A DNA stretch of 64,000 nucleotides, taken from positions 8,214,201-8,278,200 of the forward strand of contig NC_092679.1 of assembly GCF_964355755.1 (NCBI RefSeq), in the 5' to 3' direction. Of the stretch, positions 30,701 through 42,700 are shown one piece after another. Made by a program: the position numbers and the translations under genes. The notes under the pieces were generated by a model, which saw only the letters and a program-made list of their open reading frames with translations, had not been told where the DNA came from and did not search any database. Source of the stretch: Antedon mediterranea (lineage: Eukaryota > Animalia > Echinodermata). Within the stretch, counting starts at the first letter, position 1. Every line of letters starts with the position of its first letter.

Positions 30701-33700
30701 GTCACGTTATTAGCAAGCACATGGTTTTTTATCACCGCGAAGCGATGTACAACACGCACCACAGTATTTTTGGCCAGCTTCCGTGATGCTGCTGCAAGGG
30801 TGTCATGTTTATTACAAAATACTAAAAAAACTGTGTACATTAACAATTATTGTATTACGTAAATAAATTATTACTTTAACTATCGCTGGCCTCGAGTGTG
30901 TCCAAAAACAGAGGATGAAACTTTGGGCGATATGACGTCACGTTATTAGCAAGCACATGGTTTTTAACCACCGCGATGCGATGTACACACGCACCACGGT
31001 GTTTTTGGCAGCCTCCGTGATGCTGCTGCAAGGGTGTCATGTTTATTACAAAATAGAAAAAAAAACTGTGTACATTAACAATTATTGTATCTATTTAGGC
31101 CCAAATGGTGTAATGGTGGCAAAACACTAACAGTATATATATAAAATAAATATATAAAAACAATGTGCAATTGCCTTCTTGCAGTAGGGAGGCGTCGCAA
31201 AAAAGGGAATTCCCCTACTTGCTCCAACCAAGCGCGAATTTACTATTCAGTGCGTTGTTCCGTTAAACGCCGAGTTAACGGACGATAGATGACAGTATAT
31301 AGATGCATCATTCGAATACCCATCATTCCCGGAGTTTACTGAGTTTTTGTGTCCGTTAAACGCCGAGCTAACGGACGATAGTATTAAAATGACAGCATAA
31401 TACAGAGTATAGCATCATTCCACAGGTTATATTACTGAGTTTTTGTGTCCGTTAAACGCCGAGCTAACGGACGATAGTAATAAATGACAGATATATAGCA
31501 TCATTCCACAATTTACTGAGTTTTTGTGTCCGTTAAACGCCGAGTTTACGGACGATAGTGTTGAATGACAGCTGCATATAGAGTATACCATCATTCCACA
31601 GTATACTGGGTTTTTGAGTCCGTTAAACGCCGAGCTAACGGACGATAGTATTGAATGACAGTATTATATAGCATCATATTCCACAGTTTTACTGAGTTTT
31701 TGAGTCCGTTAAATGCCGAGTTTACGGACGATAGTATTAAATGACAGTAGGCCTATTATATAGAGTGTAGTATCATTCTACAGTTTACTGAGTTTTTGTG
31801 TCCGTTAAACGCCGACAGCATATAGAGTATAGCATCATTCCACAGTATACTCATGGAGCTATACAATTTTATAGCTCCATGGTATACTGTATTGAGTTTT
31901 TGTGTCCGTTAAACGCCGAGCTAACGGCGGACGATAGTATTGAATTACAATAGAGTAGCATCATTCCACAATACTGAGTTTTTGTGTCCGTTAAACGCCG
32001 AGCTAACGGACGATAGTATTGAATGACAGCATATAGAGTATAGCATCATTCCACAGGTTACTGAGTTTTTGTGTCCGTTAAACGCCAATCTAACGGACGA
32101 TAGTATTGAATTACAGTAGAGTAGCATCATTCCACAATCTACTGAGTTTTTGTGTCCGTTAAACGCCGATCTAACGGACGATAGTATTGAATGACACCAT
32201 ACAGAGTATAGCATTGTTCCACAGGTTACTGAGTGTTTGTGTCCGTTAAACGCCGAGCTAACGGACGATAGTATTGAATGACAGTAGGCCTATATAGAGT
32301 AGCATTATTCCACAGTACTGAGGTTTTATGTAATATACAAATAACAATGAATCTGGGGAAAAGGCAGAATCCCAGAAAGATACAGGATAGTCCAGTCAAA
32401 AATCACCCTCACCATGGTATAAGAACGTACCCTAATAAAATTTCATCCGTAGGTTCTATGTATATAGGTAATAACATTTCTTGATGTTGCGTCTTGCAAA
32501 ACTTGGGATTTTACGAGAAAATTTGACTTTTATACCCAATTTATAACTACCTCATGTCGTATTATTGTGTACAGCGAATGCGACGAAGCGTGACTGAAAT
32601 TACGAGACGCCGTTTGCGCCCGTTGAAAAATGCATTAACAAAGCTAAAAACCTACAAAATTAATAGTTTATACAATAATTTAAATATAGTTTACAATAAA
32701 TTGTATAATAAAATACATAACATATAAAGAAAACTCAAGTATAATCTCAAATATTTACAGATATGTGTTTAAAAATGTACAAATCAAAATGGCCTTCCAT
32801 AAAATAAAGTGCGCCCTCACTCTTCATACTTTTATCGGACTTGTATGGATGGTTATTCAAGGCATTAATAATACGAAACCCGATGCGGTTTGTTAGTTAT
32901 TGCCTCTGCAAGAGGCAGAATATTATATTTTCACAAATATATTTCTAGTTTTTATCATGGAAAAAAAGAATTGTATATATTTAAACACATTACAACCTCC
33001 AGTCTACCATCATGATGGATTAAGTGAAGCGCCGTATATGCTATCATGCGTAATGATCTTCTAGTTATCTGGTTATATCTGGTTATATTCTGGACATTCT
33101 TTTTTTCACAGCATTAGGCCTACTTGCGTGGATATCACAATGCATTTGTTTATTCGCGATTATAGTCAATATTAATTTGAGTAAGAATAATTTTTAAATG
33201 ACAGTCCATTTCGCGTATACGATATAATAAAGATTTAAATTAATAAAGTACTCTGAAATATTTTCTCATTGGTTATCCGCAACAAAGAATCCTTGTGATT
33301 GTTAGTTTTGTTTAATTTTCTTTGAATTGTTTATTGGCATCCATATCGTATGATGTGTGAGACAATTTCGTGTTTTAGAAAATGTAATCCTGCCACCGAA
33401 GATTCTTTCTGTTCGAAGACTTCTGACGGATAACTGTGTTATTCTTTTACATTTAATTAATTAATTAATGTTCATCTTCACTTTTGGGAAAAATATCCTA
33501 CATCTTTTAGGTTTAAAACGTCATTTATAAGCACTTGAATAAGCCAACAAATTAAACTACTGTGTTCTCCCAAACTTTTTAAATTTTATTTAAATGCATT
33601 AAAATGTGTCGGACTCGGCGGATAACAATACTTGAAATAAAATTAATGCATATAAAACTTTTGTTCTGGACTTTACTTTTTTGTCCCAAGTGAGAACTTT

Positions 33701-36700
33701 CAGGCCGTGGAGGTGAACCGATCGTTTATGACATGCTTTTGTGTATAAAATTTCCAATAATAATTGTAGGACTACTCTCAACCAAAACACTTTATATTAG
33801 AATGTATTTAATATACGTCACGTCTTAAAAAATTGGGAGAATTGGGTAATACAGTATGTCGTTTCTCGCGAATCTTACATCACACTCCAACATTCTCACT
33901 TTCTTTTATTTAGTGAAGTGTGAACGGTGGAAAAACGGGAAAATACTTTAAATTTAGAATGCTTTGAATTCTGGAAGACGACTTCGAACTTAAAGAATCG
34001 TCATGAATGCCGTTTATTGGCTCAAACTTCACACATCGGTACGATGTGAAGGCCAGACGGATTCAGAGAGGATCAAACCGGCTCCTCCTCCCCATTGGCA
34101 GTGGGGGAATCGGCGGGTGAAAGGGAAAAATGATAAATGTTGATTCAGACGAATGCCAACCAGCCCCTTTGATACGCTCTTAATAATTGTTGGAAAGTGA
34201 AAGTAGGGCTACTTGAGGTAGGGCCTAGTATCTTTCGTATAGGCCTACACGAAATGGATTATCCTTAAATGATTGGTTCTTACTCTAATTAAGATCATAA
34301 TCGCGAATGATAGTTCAAAATATGTAATGCATTGTGATATCCACGCAAGTAATGCTGTGAAAAAAAAAGAATGTCTAAAAATAAAACCAGCAAAACTAGT
34401 AGATCATTACGCTTCAGCAGATATACAAATACAGTATACACTTAATCCATCATGGTGGTATACTGGAGGTTGTAATGTGTTTAATATTATATACAATTCT
34501 TTTTTTCCATGATAAAAATTAGAAATATATTTGTGAAAATATAATATTCTGCCTCTTGCAGAGGCAATAACTAACAAACCGCATCGTGTTTCATATAATA
34601 TTAATGCCTTGTATAACCATCCATACAAGTCCGATAAAAGTATGACGAGTGAGGGCGCACTTTATTTTATGGAAGGCCATTTTGATTTGTACATTTTTAA
34701 ACACATATCTGTAAATATTTGAGATTATACTTGGGTTTTCTTTATATGTTATGTATTTTATTATACATTTTATTGTAAACTATATTTAAATTATTGTATA
34801 AACTATTAATTTTGTAGGTTTTTAGCTTTGTTAATGCATTTTTCAACGGGCGCTAACGGCGTCTCGTAATTTTAGTCACGCTTCGTCGAATTCGCTGTAC
34901 ACAATAATACGACATGAGGCGGTTATAAATTGGGTATAAAAGTCTAATTTTCTCGTAAAATCCCAAGTTTTGCAAGACGCAACATCAAGAAATGTTATTA
35001 CCTATATACATAGAACCTACGGATGAAATTTTATTAGGGTACGTTCTTATACCATGGTGAGGGTGATTTTTGACTGGACTAGGATCTTTGGTTGCTTATG
35101 CAGATTGCAATCAGCACATTTTTTTCCGTGAGAAGAATTCCTGGCGTTAAATAAAGTGTACCTTTCGAAATCCATGTTCTTCACAGTCTGAACTGATACA
35201 GTAAATTATTTTTAAAAATATTGTCTAAAGTGCAAATCTATTTGATTGTTTAATTAATGAAATGTTATGGATAAGAGTTGAAACCGTCACAAAATGGCTC
35301 AGTCAAAGCAAAATTATTTAACAATTTTAACGAGAGGAGGAGCTTATCTTTCTAGGCTTTCTACGCGATTGTCTGGCGGTGTACTTTTAACGAATCGTTC
35401 ATGGCCTAGCTCTCTGTAGTGCGGTATTCGCGTCAATATCATGTTACATCCAGGGATCAAAAATACGTATTTTTTTTCAGGTGAAAGTCGGCTATTAGAA
35501 ATTTAGACACGTGTCGCCCGACGTACCAGCCTAAAAAATACCATGAATCGGATCGTAAATAGTATGCTTAGACCTATATATTTTTATTTTACCGTGTAGG
35601 CCTAGGCCTATATATATTTTTATTTTACGGTAGGCCTAGGATATAGTATTATACATGATTATTTTAATAAATATAATTATATACGTTGTTACAACACGTT
35701 GTAACAACAATGACCGGACTGCTAATAACCCGTTATTTTGAGTCATCATAGGATTTCACGCAACATACCATAACAAGGACTGTTAATAACGCGTTGGAAT
35801 CATCGTTACGCAACACTGAACAGCATGTCCGGTCTCCCGTTAATTACGCGTTAAACAATGGAGTTATAACAACAGCATAGTAGCTAGTAAAGGGAGGGCT
35901 TGATATGCCTCACTGAACACGCCCAACCCCATTTAAATTAGCTTGCATATTACGGTAAAAGTTGCGTTACAACAAGTTTAACGGAGTAAAAACATTTGGG
36001 CACGCTTCCTTAGTATATAATCATGATTAGAATAACTACTGTACCAATACAAAAGGAAATCCATAGTTTTGAAGATCTATGACAAAATATTGAACATTTT
36101 TATAATATCTTATTAATTAAGCTAAGAAAACCTTACTAATACTTGATTATATAGTATATGTCTGTATAACTTTGTCATATGATTAACCTGTAGCTGTAGA
36201 TGTGCAAGAAACTTCATGAAATGACTTCAGAGTCGTGCCGCATAAGTTACGCGTGATTTTATGCATTTTAATGTAGAAAACCATACAACAATTTAAATTG
36301 AACTTAGCAAAAATGTAATTTATATAATGCGCTAACTTTCTGTGGGAAAAAATGGCATGTTTCACAGAAACTTACGTGCACATGTGCATTTAAAAATTGG
36401 AAGTGTGAGAAATCAATTTCTAATCAACTTTCTACGTGTTTCATACATTTTAAATATTTTCAAATTTCAACGTGAGCGCAAATTTTTAAGTGCGTGGTGT
36501 GCAAGTACCGCTAAAAATATTTTTTTTTTCGCATGAATTATGTTTTCCCAGCCTTTTATAGTAAACAATTTCGACTTAAAATCACGTCATACGAGCACTT
36601 CGAATTGAACAATTCGCACACGTTTTTTAGTTGTAGATATCGGATCATGGATCAATATGGCTAACCGTATCGTATGGCCACTCGAATATAAAATATAGGA

Positions 36701-39700
36701 TTTTTTTCACATCTTATCACATTTAATACAGCGCATCTCCACTTAATAGCCGTATTCCATTTTCCCCATATTTTTATATTGTCAAGGTCAATCAATTATA
36801 TTTCGCATGATTTACCATTTAAACATTTTTTAATGACGTCATCATGTTCAAAAGCGTGAATTCATCATTACAGTAAATTTCAATCTGTTATAGCTCCTCG
36901 GAATGATACTCATGATTAAAACATTTGCCGGAAGCTGTTGAATCAGAATTGTAGATACAAATTCACGTACAAATTTTGCACATCAGAGGTTGTGACGTCA
37001 TCATATGGCCAGTTGAATGATAAAAGTCATATTTTTATATTTTGCGTCGTAGTCCATGACATTTAAAAGAGCGCGCATTCATATTCTACGTATCCAAATT
37101 TCTTCAACACGTTTCATTATGATGTCATCGTGTTTAAAAATGAAATAAAAGGCTGGTTCCGTTATTTCCACCTATTCTTCACTGTATGTAGTATGTATAC
37201 AATATATAGTGTATACTGTATATACTTAGACACAAAATAGAGGGCACACTAGCATTTTATTTTCCTCAGGTCACAATGGAATAATCGTTTTTCTGTGCGT
37301 AATATTCTAATGTATGACAGGCACGTAGTGTTTCTGCCGCGGATAACCTAACTCGTCTATAGTGACGAGTTCAAATCTAGTTCATATTACTATTGTATAT
37401 ACTATAGTGTCTGGAGAATATGGTAGTGACCCAACATCTGAGGTAACACATTACAAGCTCAGATTTGCCAGCATGTCAGTTACAATATTACATGAGGATC
37501 CAACACCTATTCAAGCAATAGAGAAGCTTGGTAACACCAAACTACAGGAGATGTCACAACACTTCTTTGATGAACTTCAGGCGGGATACGGGGTTAAAGA
37601 TTCTGCTGAGTGGAAAAGAAGGTTTGCTGTAGCATGTCCATATGATCATCTCAGGTATAACTATTATAATACAGTTTCAAGTAATATGAATAAAATAGGC
37701 TACACACTTTTAATTTAAAAACAACACTTTATTCAATTTGACAGATTTGTAGCTGCACCATGCAATCTTGAACTGCAGAGGAAAGAAATTGGTTTTTTTA
37801 CCCAGAATACCGCTGAGATATCATTAGGCACATTGCAAATATTGGAATGTTTATTCAACAAAAACAAGGCAGCCTCATCTCTTGATGCTTCTATGAATGG
37901 AAGTGCATCTTTGCAACCAGAACATACAGAGGTTATAATCTAATATTTATATATTGTAACTAAATTACAAAATTGTTTACAGAAAAAAAAAGGCTTTTGT
38001 TACAAGTATTTCCTTATTTACAAACTGTCCAAATAACGCTTTTTTATGTCACTGATCTTTAATTGTATCCATGCCAGCAACTAGATATTCTAATATGGAT
38101 ATAACCATACTTATCCCCTCAGCTGCCAACTTATTTTACTAACATAGTGTTAGAAAGCTTGGCAAACCACTGTATCATTGTAATTCTGAATTCTATAAAA
38201 TTGTTATCTTGACAGATCCTTACGTTTGATGAGCTGCCTCCAGTTGGAAATGTGTACTCTGCATTTACAGGAAAATCTAACTCTGCAGTACATGTTAAGA
38301 TCGAATCTAAAGATCGTACTGATAATGTAAGTTTTGTTTCATTATGGGTAATTATAGTGACACTGATTATAAGGTATTTTACAATCACTGTTATGTTGAT
38401 GTTGTGTGTAATATGTTTTCTAGATTTTATCCAGGCCTAACTAAATGTTACAATAAATTCATAGCTAAAATATGGTGGCCCAATAATGATGAATTATTCA
38501 GCCCCTAGATTTATTTTATATTATAAATTATAAAATAATAATTGTAAAGAAAACAATTAATTTTCTTTTGAATGAAGTGCTCCATAAACAAGTACTGTAT
38601 AGACAAATTTATTGTTATGTGTTATTATTTTGCCATTGCAGACCACAGGACATATTTATTGTTATGTTGCATTATTTTGCCATTGCAGACCATAGGACAT
38701 CGTGCCAGCAAACAAAAGATGAAAATTGAGGTTGAACTTGGTCAGTTGACCTGTGAAATTGATGTCACAATTGTAGACCGTCTTTATAGTTTACTTCATC
38801 CTCAAGAGTTTTCAGATATTAAACAAGGAGGTCAAATGTCATTCAAGTCAATGTATGCTTCCACCAATATGGTATGATAATACAAAAAAATATTAATAAT
38901 ATCGTATCCAGACAATTATCTCCGGACAGTTACCACCTGGACAAGGCGGGTAGTTGTCCTAGGCGGGTAGTTGTCCTAGGCGGGTAGTTGTCCTAGGCGG
39001 GTAGTTGTCTTGGGCAGGCGGGTAGTTGTCCTAAGCGGGTAGTTGTCCTAGGCGGGTGGGTAGTTGTCCTAGGCGGGTGGGTAGTTGTCCTAAGCGGGTA
39101 GTTGTCCTAGGCGGGTAGTTGTCCTAGGCGGGTAGTTGTCCTAGGCGGGTAGTTGTCCTAGGCGGGTAGTTGTCCTAGGCGGGTGGGTAGTTGTCCTAGG
39201 CGGGTGGGTAGTTGTCCTAGGCGGGTGGGTAGTTGTCCTAAGCGGATAGTTGTCCTAGGCGGACGGGTAGTTGTCCTAAGCGGGTAGTTGTCCTAGGCGG
39301 GCGGGTAGTTGTCCTAAGCGGGCAGGTAGTTGTCCTAGGCGGGCGAGTAGTTCCCTAGGTGAGTAGTTGTCCTAGGCGGGTAATTGTCCTAGGCAGGTAG
39401 TTGTCCTAGGCAGGCGGGTAGTTGTCCTAAGCGGGTAGTTGTCCTAGTCGGGCGGGTAGTTGTCCTAAGCGGGTAGTTGTCCGGGTGGTAGTTGTCCGGG
39501 TGGTAGTTGCCCGGGTGGTAGTTGTCCGGGTTGTAGTTGTCCGGGTTGTAGTTGTCTGGGTGGTAGTTTTTTAGGTGGTACAGTAGTTTTCCGGGTGGTA
39601 GTTGTTCAAAGGTAGGTAGGAGGTAGTTGACCTGAATAATATATATATATATATAAAACTTCCGTATTTTTAATTCGTTCTATTCATTATACATCTAAAA

Positions 39701-42700
39701 ATAATTTTTTTTTTAAACAATGTATTAAATTTTTGTTTTTTTTCTGAACTATGGTATTTTGTTTAATATCGTAATTTTAAATTTGTGATAGAGGTACAGA
39801 TAGTGTATTACTATTTTGTTTTTTAATAGAAACAAGCCTGCTTTAAACAAGCATTGGATGATGATACAACAAATTCTGCATATCATATTGACATTGATGT
39901 AACATGCCCACAAGCCACTTTAAATCTCAGGTAAGTATTTTTATTGTTATGTGTAAAATTTATACAAATTAACATTATCATAAATTTTCATTAAAAAATT
40001 GTGTTTCAAAAATCTTGTTCACACAGATTTCCCTGCCCAGATTTTCGCCCACCGACTGATATTGAACGTAGTCCATGGTGGAAGAAATCTGTTCGCCAAG
40101 AAATTCTGTCAATGGAATTGCTTGATGTAGATTTTTCCACAAAGCTTAACAGTGATGTCTTTGAAAAAAAGTGTATTGTACGAAGTCGCCAAGTAGATGG
40201 TAGAGATTGGTTTTTTTCAATGATTTTTGAGATAAAGAAACTGGTACTAATTATTTACATTGTTGTAATGAAAAAGAGGCTTAATAACTTTCATTCTTTT
40301 CAGCTAAGTTTAAAATGTCTGCAGATGATGTACCTGTGTCATTCTTGAAAGTAACTGGTGTTAAGTCAGTAGATCAAGTTGAAAATAAAGAATTTGATTG
40401 GCCTAGGTATTTTATATCCTAATTATCTATCTTATGTTTAATTAAGGCATAGGCAATGCCCAAGTATGTAACTAATATCCGTGTTATCACACACAATTCG
40501 TAATAATAATATGAGTGGTCTACTAATCTATTGGTATTCATCTTTAAATAGTTGTTAAAAAGTGTGTCTTATAATTCACTTTATGGCAGACTAATTATTA
40601 TGTGTTTAACTGCAGACTTGTTATAATGATTCGCCCTCCTAACCAAACTTCTGTGTTTGATCAAGAACAAGAATGCTCCCCAGAAACCACACCAGTTAAC
40701 TCGTTTGAAAGTCTATACTTTCAGAAGCCTGAACCATCGTCACCTTTCTCATCTAGGAATGTTATGTATGAAAATGATCAGGTACGTATAAAAAGAAACA
40801 ATGTAATGTAAATATGTACTTTGTACCATAGAATTAAAAAAGCAGTGTTACAATACAACATATACTAGTAGTCACTCAACACGTTTTTGCTTACTAAATT
40901 AAATGCTTGCAATAATATTGGATTCTCTATATATATTAATTGCATATAAAATATTTTTACATATAGTCAAAAGTTAAACATTTCCTTTGAATTAGATGGT
41001 AATACCAGGGGATGATGATGAAATGAGAGAATTTATTGAAACGTCAAATCAGGATTCACAGCTATTGATAGAAATCAACCTACCAGTGATAAACCTTCTG
41101 ATTCCTACGAATGAATTCCTTAATAATGTTTACAATAGGTAAGACTATCAACTTCTGTACACTTACACTCTCTTCATAAAACAATTTGAATACGCATATT
41201 ATTTTACTTTGACCAAAAATGAGATAAAATTTAAGAAAATAGTCGGACAACATGATTCAGGTTAAACGTAACGTTTATATTGTCCTTTTTATAAGCAGAA
41301 TCATTTCTTTTTACTTTTTTGTTAGTGAAAGTGAATAACCATAAAATGGCCTATTTAATTTTGATGCAGCTTTAAATAGTACAAGATTTTTTAATTACTA
41401 TATATTTAATTTTCTTCTTAAAATTATTAACTTGTTTGTTTCTGAATGTAGATTTTGTACAGACCTTTTACTTTGGCAGCCAACTGCTCCAACACCTACT
41501 GAAACTTGTAAAGATGTTTTCCAAAGTGCTATGTGGGATCTAGGTTCTCCATTAACATCATATCCAGACACAACTCAACCTTTTAAAATGTGCCACTCGA
41601 TGAAGAGTCATGGTAAGAATATAAATTAATTGAAGTGTACAATGTATGTGTGTGTCACTCTCTCTCTCTCTCCCCACAAAATCTATTAATTGCTTCTCAA
41701 TTTAGATTGTTATTCAGATGAAGACGAAGAGGATGATATTTTTCAAACAATGCATGATGCATCATTGAGAAGAAAACTAAGACAACAGCAACGACCAAAA
41801 GATTACTCCAACTACTTAGCACTAACTTTAACCGTTGGTCATGGCAGACTTACACTACATATACCAAGTGAGGTAAGAAATATGGCTCTTTCCAACCAAT
41901 TATTTAAATCCGAAAAAAAAAGATAACACTGATACTCATCCATTTACTTGGAACATTTATTTTGTAGGTTGAAGAAATGAATAATTTTCACAGTGAAGTG
42001 ATGTTTGAAATTGAAGAAGGCAATCTGTTTGTTGTCAATGAATATAAAGGGGATAAGGACTTGGCTTATGTATGTGTTCAAGGAAAGCGGTATGTTTTGT
42101 ACCATGCAGCTGAAGTTGAAAACAGCCCTTTACAGCCTTCTCTTGAGCCTTTATCTTGTATGGTTCCACGACATTTAAAAAAATGTCTACACCTTTCAGA
42201 TGATGGAGTGCCACAAAGTCATAATGACAATAAAAATACAAATATGTTGGCAGTGGCCGTCAAGTTGACAGTAGAACCTGATAAAAATGTCAAGGTTAGA
42301 AATAGTTTTCTATTATTATTGGTTATCCGCAACAAAGTTGCGGATACCCTGTGGAGCCGTAAAATGTGCAAAAAGTCAAATTTGTGCAAACATTTTAGCT
42401 TTAAATGTGCAAATCTGTAAAAATTCATAACCCGCAAATGTGCAAACATCACGCCGTTAAATGTGCATTCTATTCTATTTGTTTTATTCCTTGTGAGCTT
42501 TTCTTAACAACATGTTAATTCCTTTTATTTCTAGTTTTTGAAAGTTTACTTTTATTTGCTAATTTCAGAGTATAGTATGCTCAGTTAGTGCACGTACAAC
42601 AACACTTTGTCATTTTGTTACTAAGCCTGAACACAGCTGGATGGCACAAGTTGGGGCTATGTTTGACCTTTTAGATGACACAGTACCTGGATATACGTTT

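Larger units (their letters stand above)
29942..36009. mobile_element. Large non-autonomous PIF/Harbinger-like element carrying nested repeats
   Basis: TIRs GGGAGCGTGTCCAAATGTTTTTACTCCGTTAA and TTAACGGAGTAAAAACATTTGGGCACGCTTCC; TSD TTA on both sides; no transposase ORF seen. Confidence 0.75.

Noticed and set aside
31258-32328. CRISPR-like array (palindromic repeat with variable spacers)
   Set aside because: The spacers are homologous to one another, there are no cas genes, and the context is a eukaryotic intron; it is a satellite.
31258-32328. Tandem hammerhead ribozymes (CTGA...GTCC stem GGAC-GA)
   Set aside because: The core would need CUGANGA directly before stem II and GAAA after it; the sequence has CTGAGTTTTTG(T/A) and GATA.
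38945-39605. Telomeric repeat
   Set aside because: The unit is a 15-21-bp GGTAGTTGTCC-based minisatellite, not TTAGGG.
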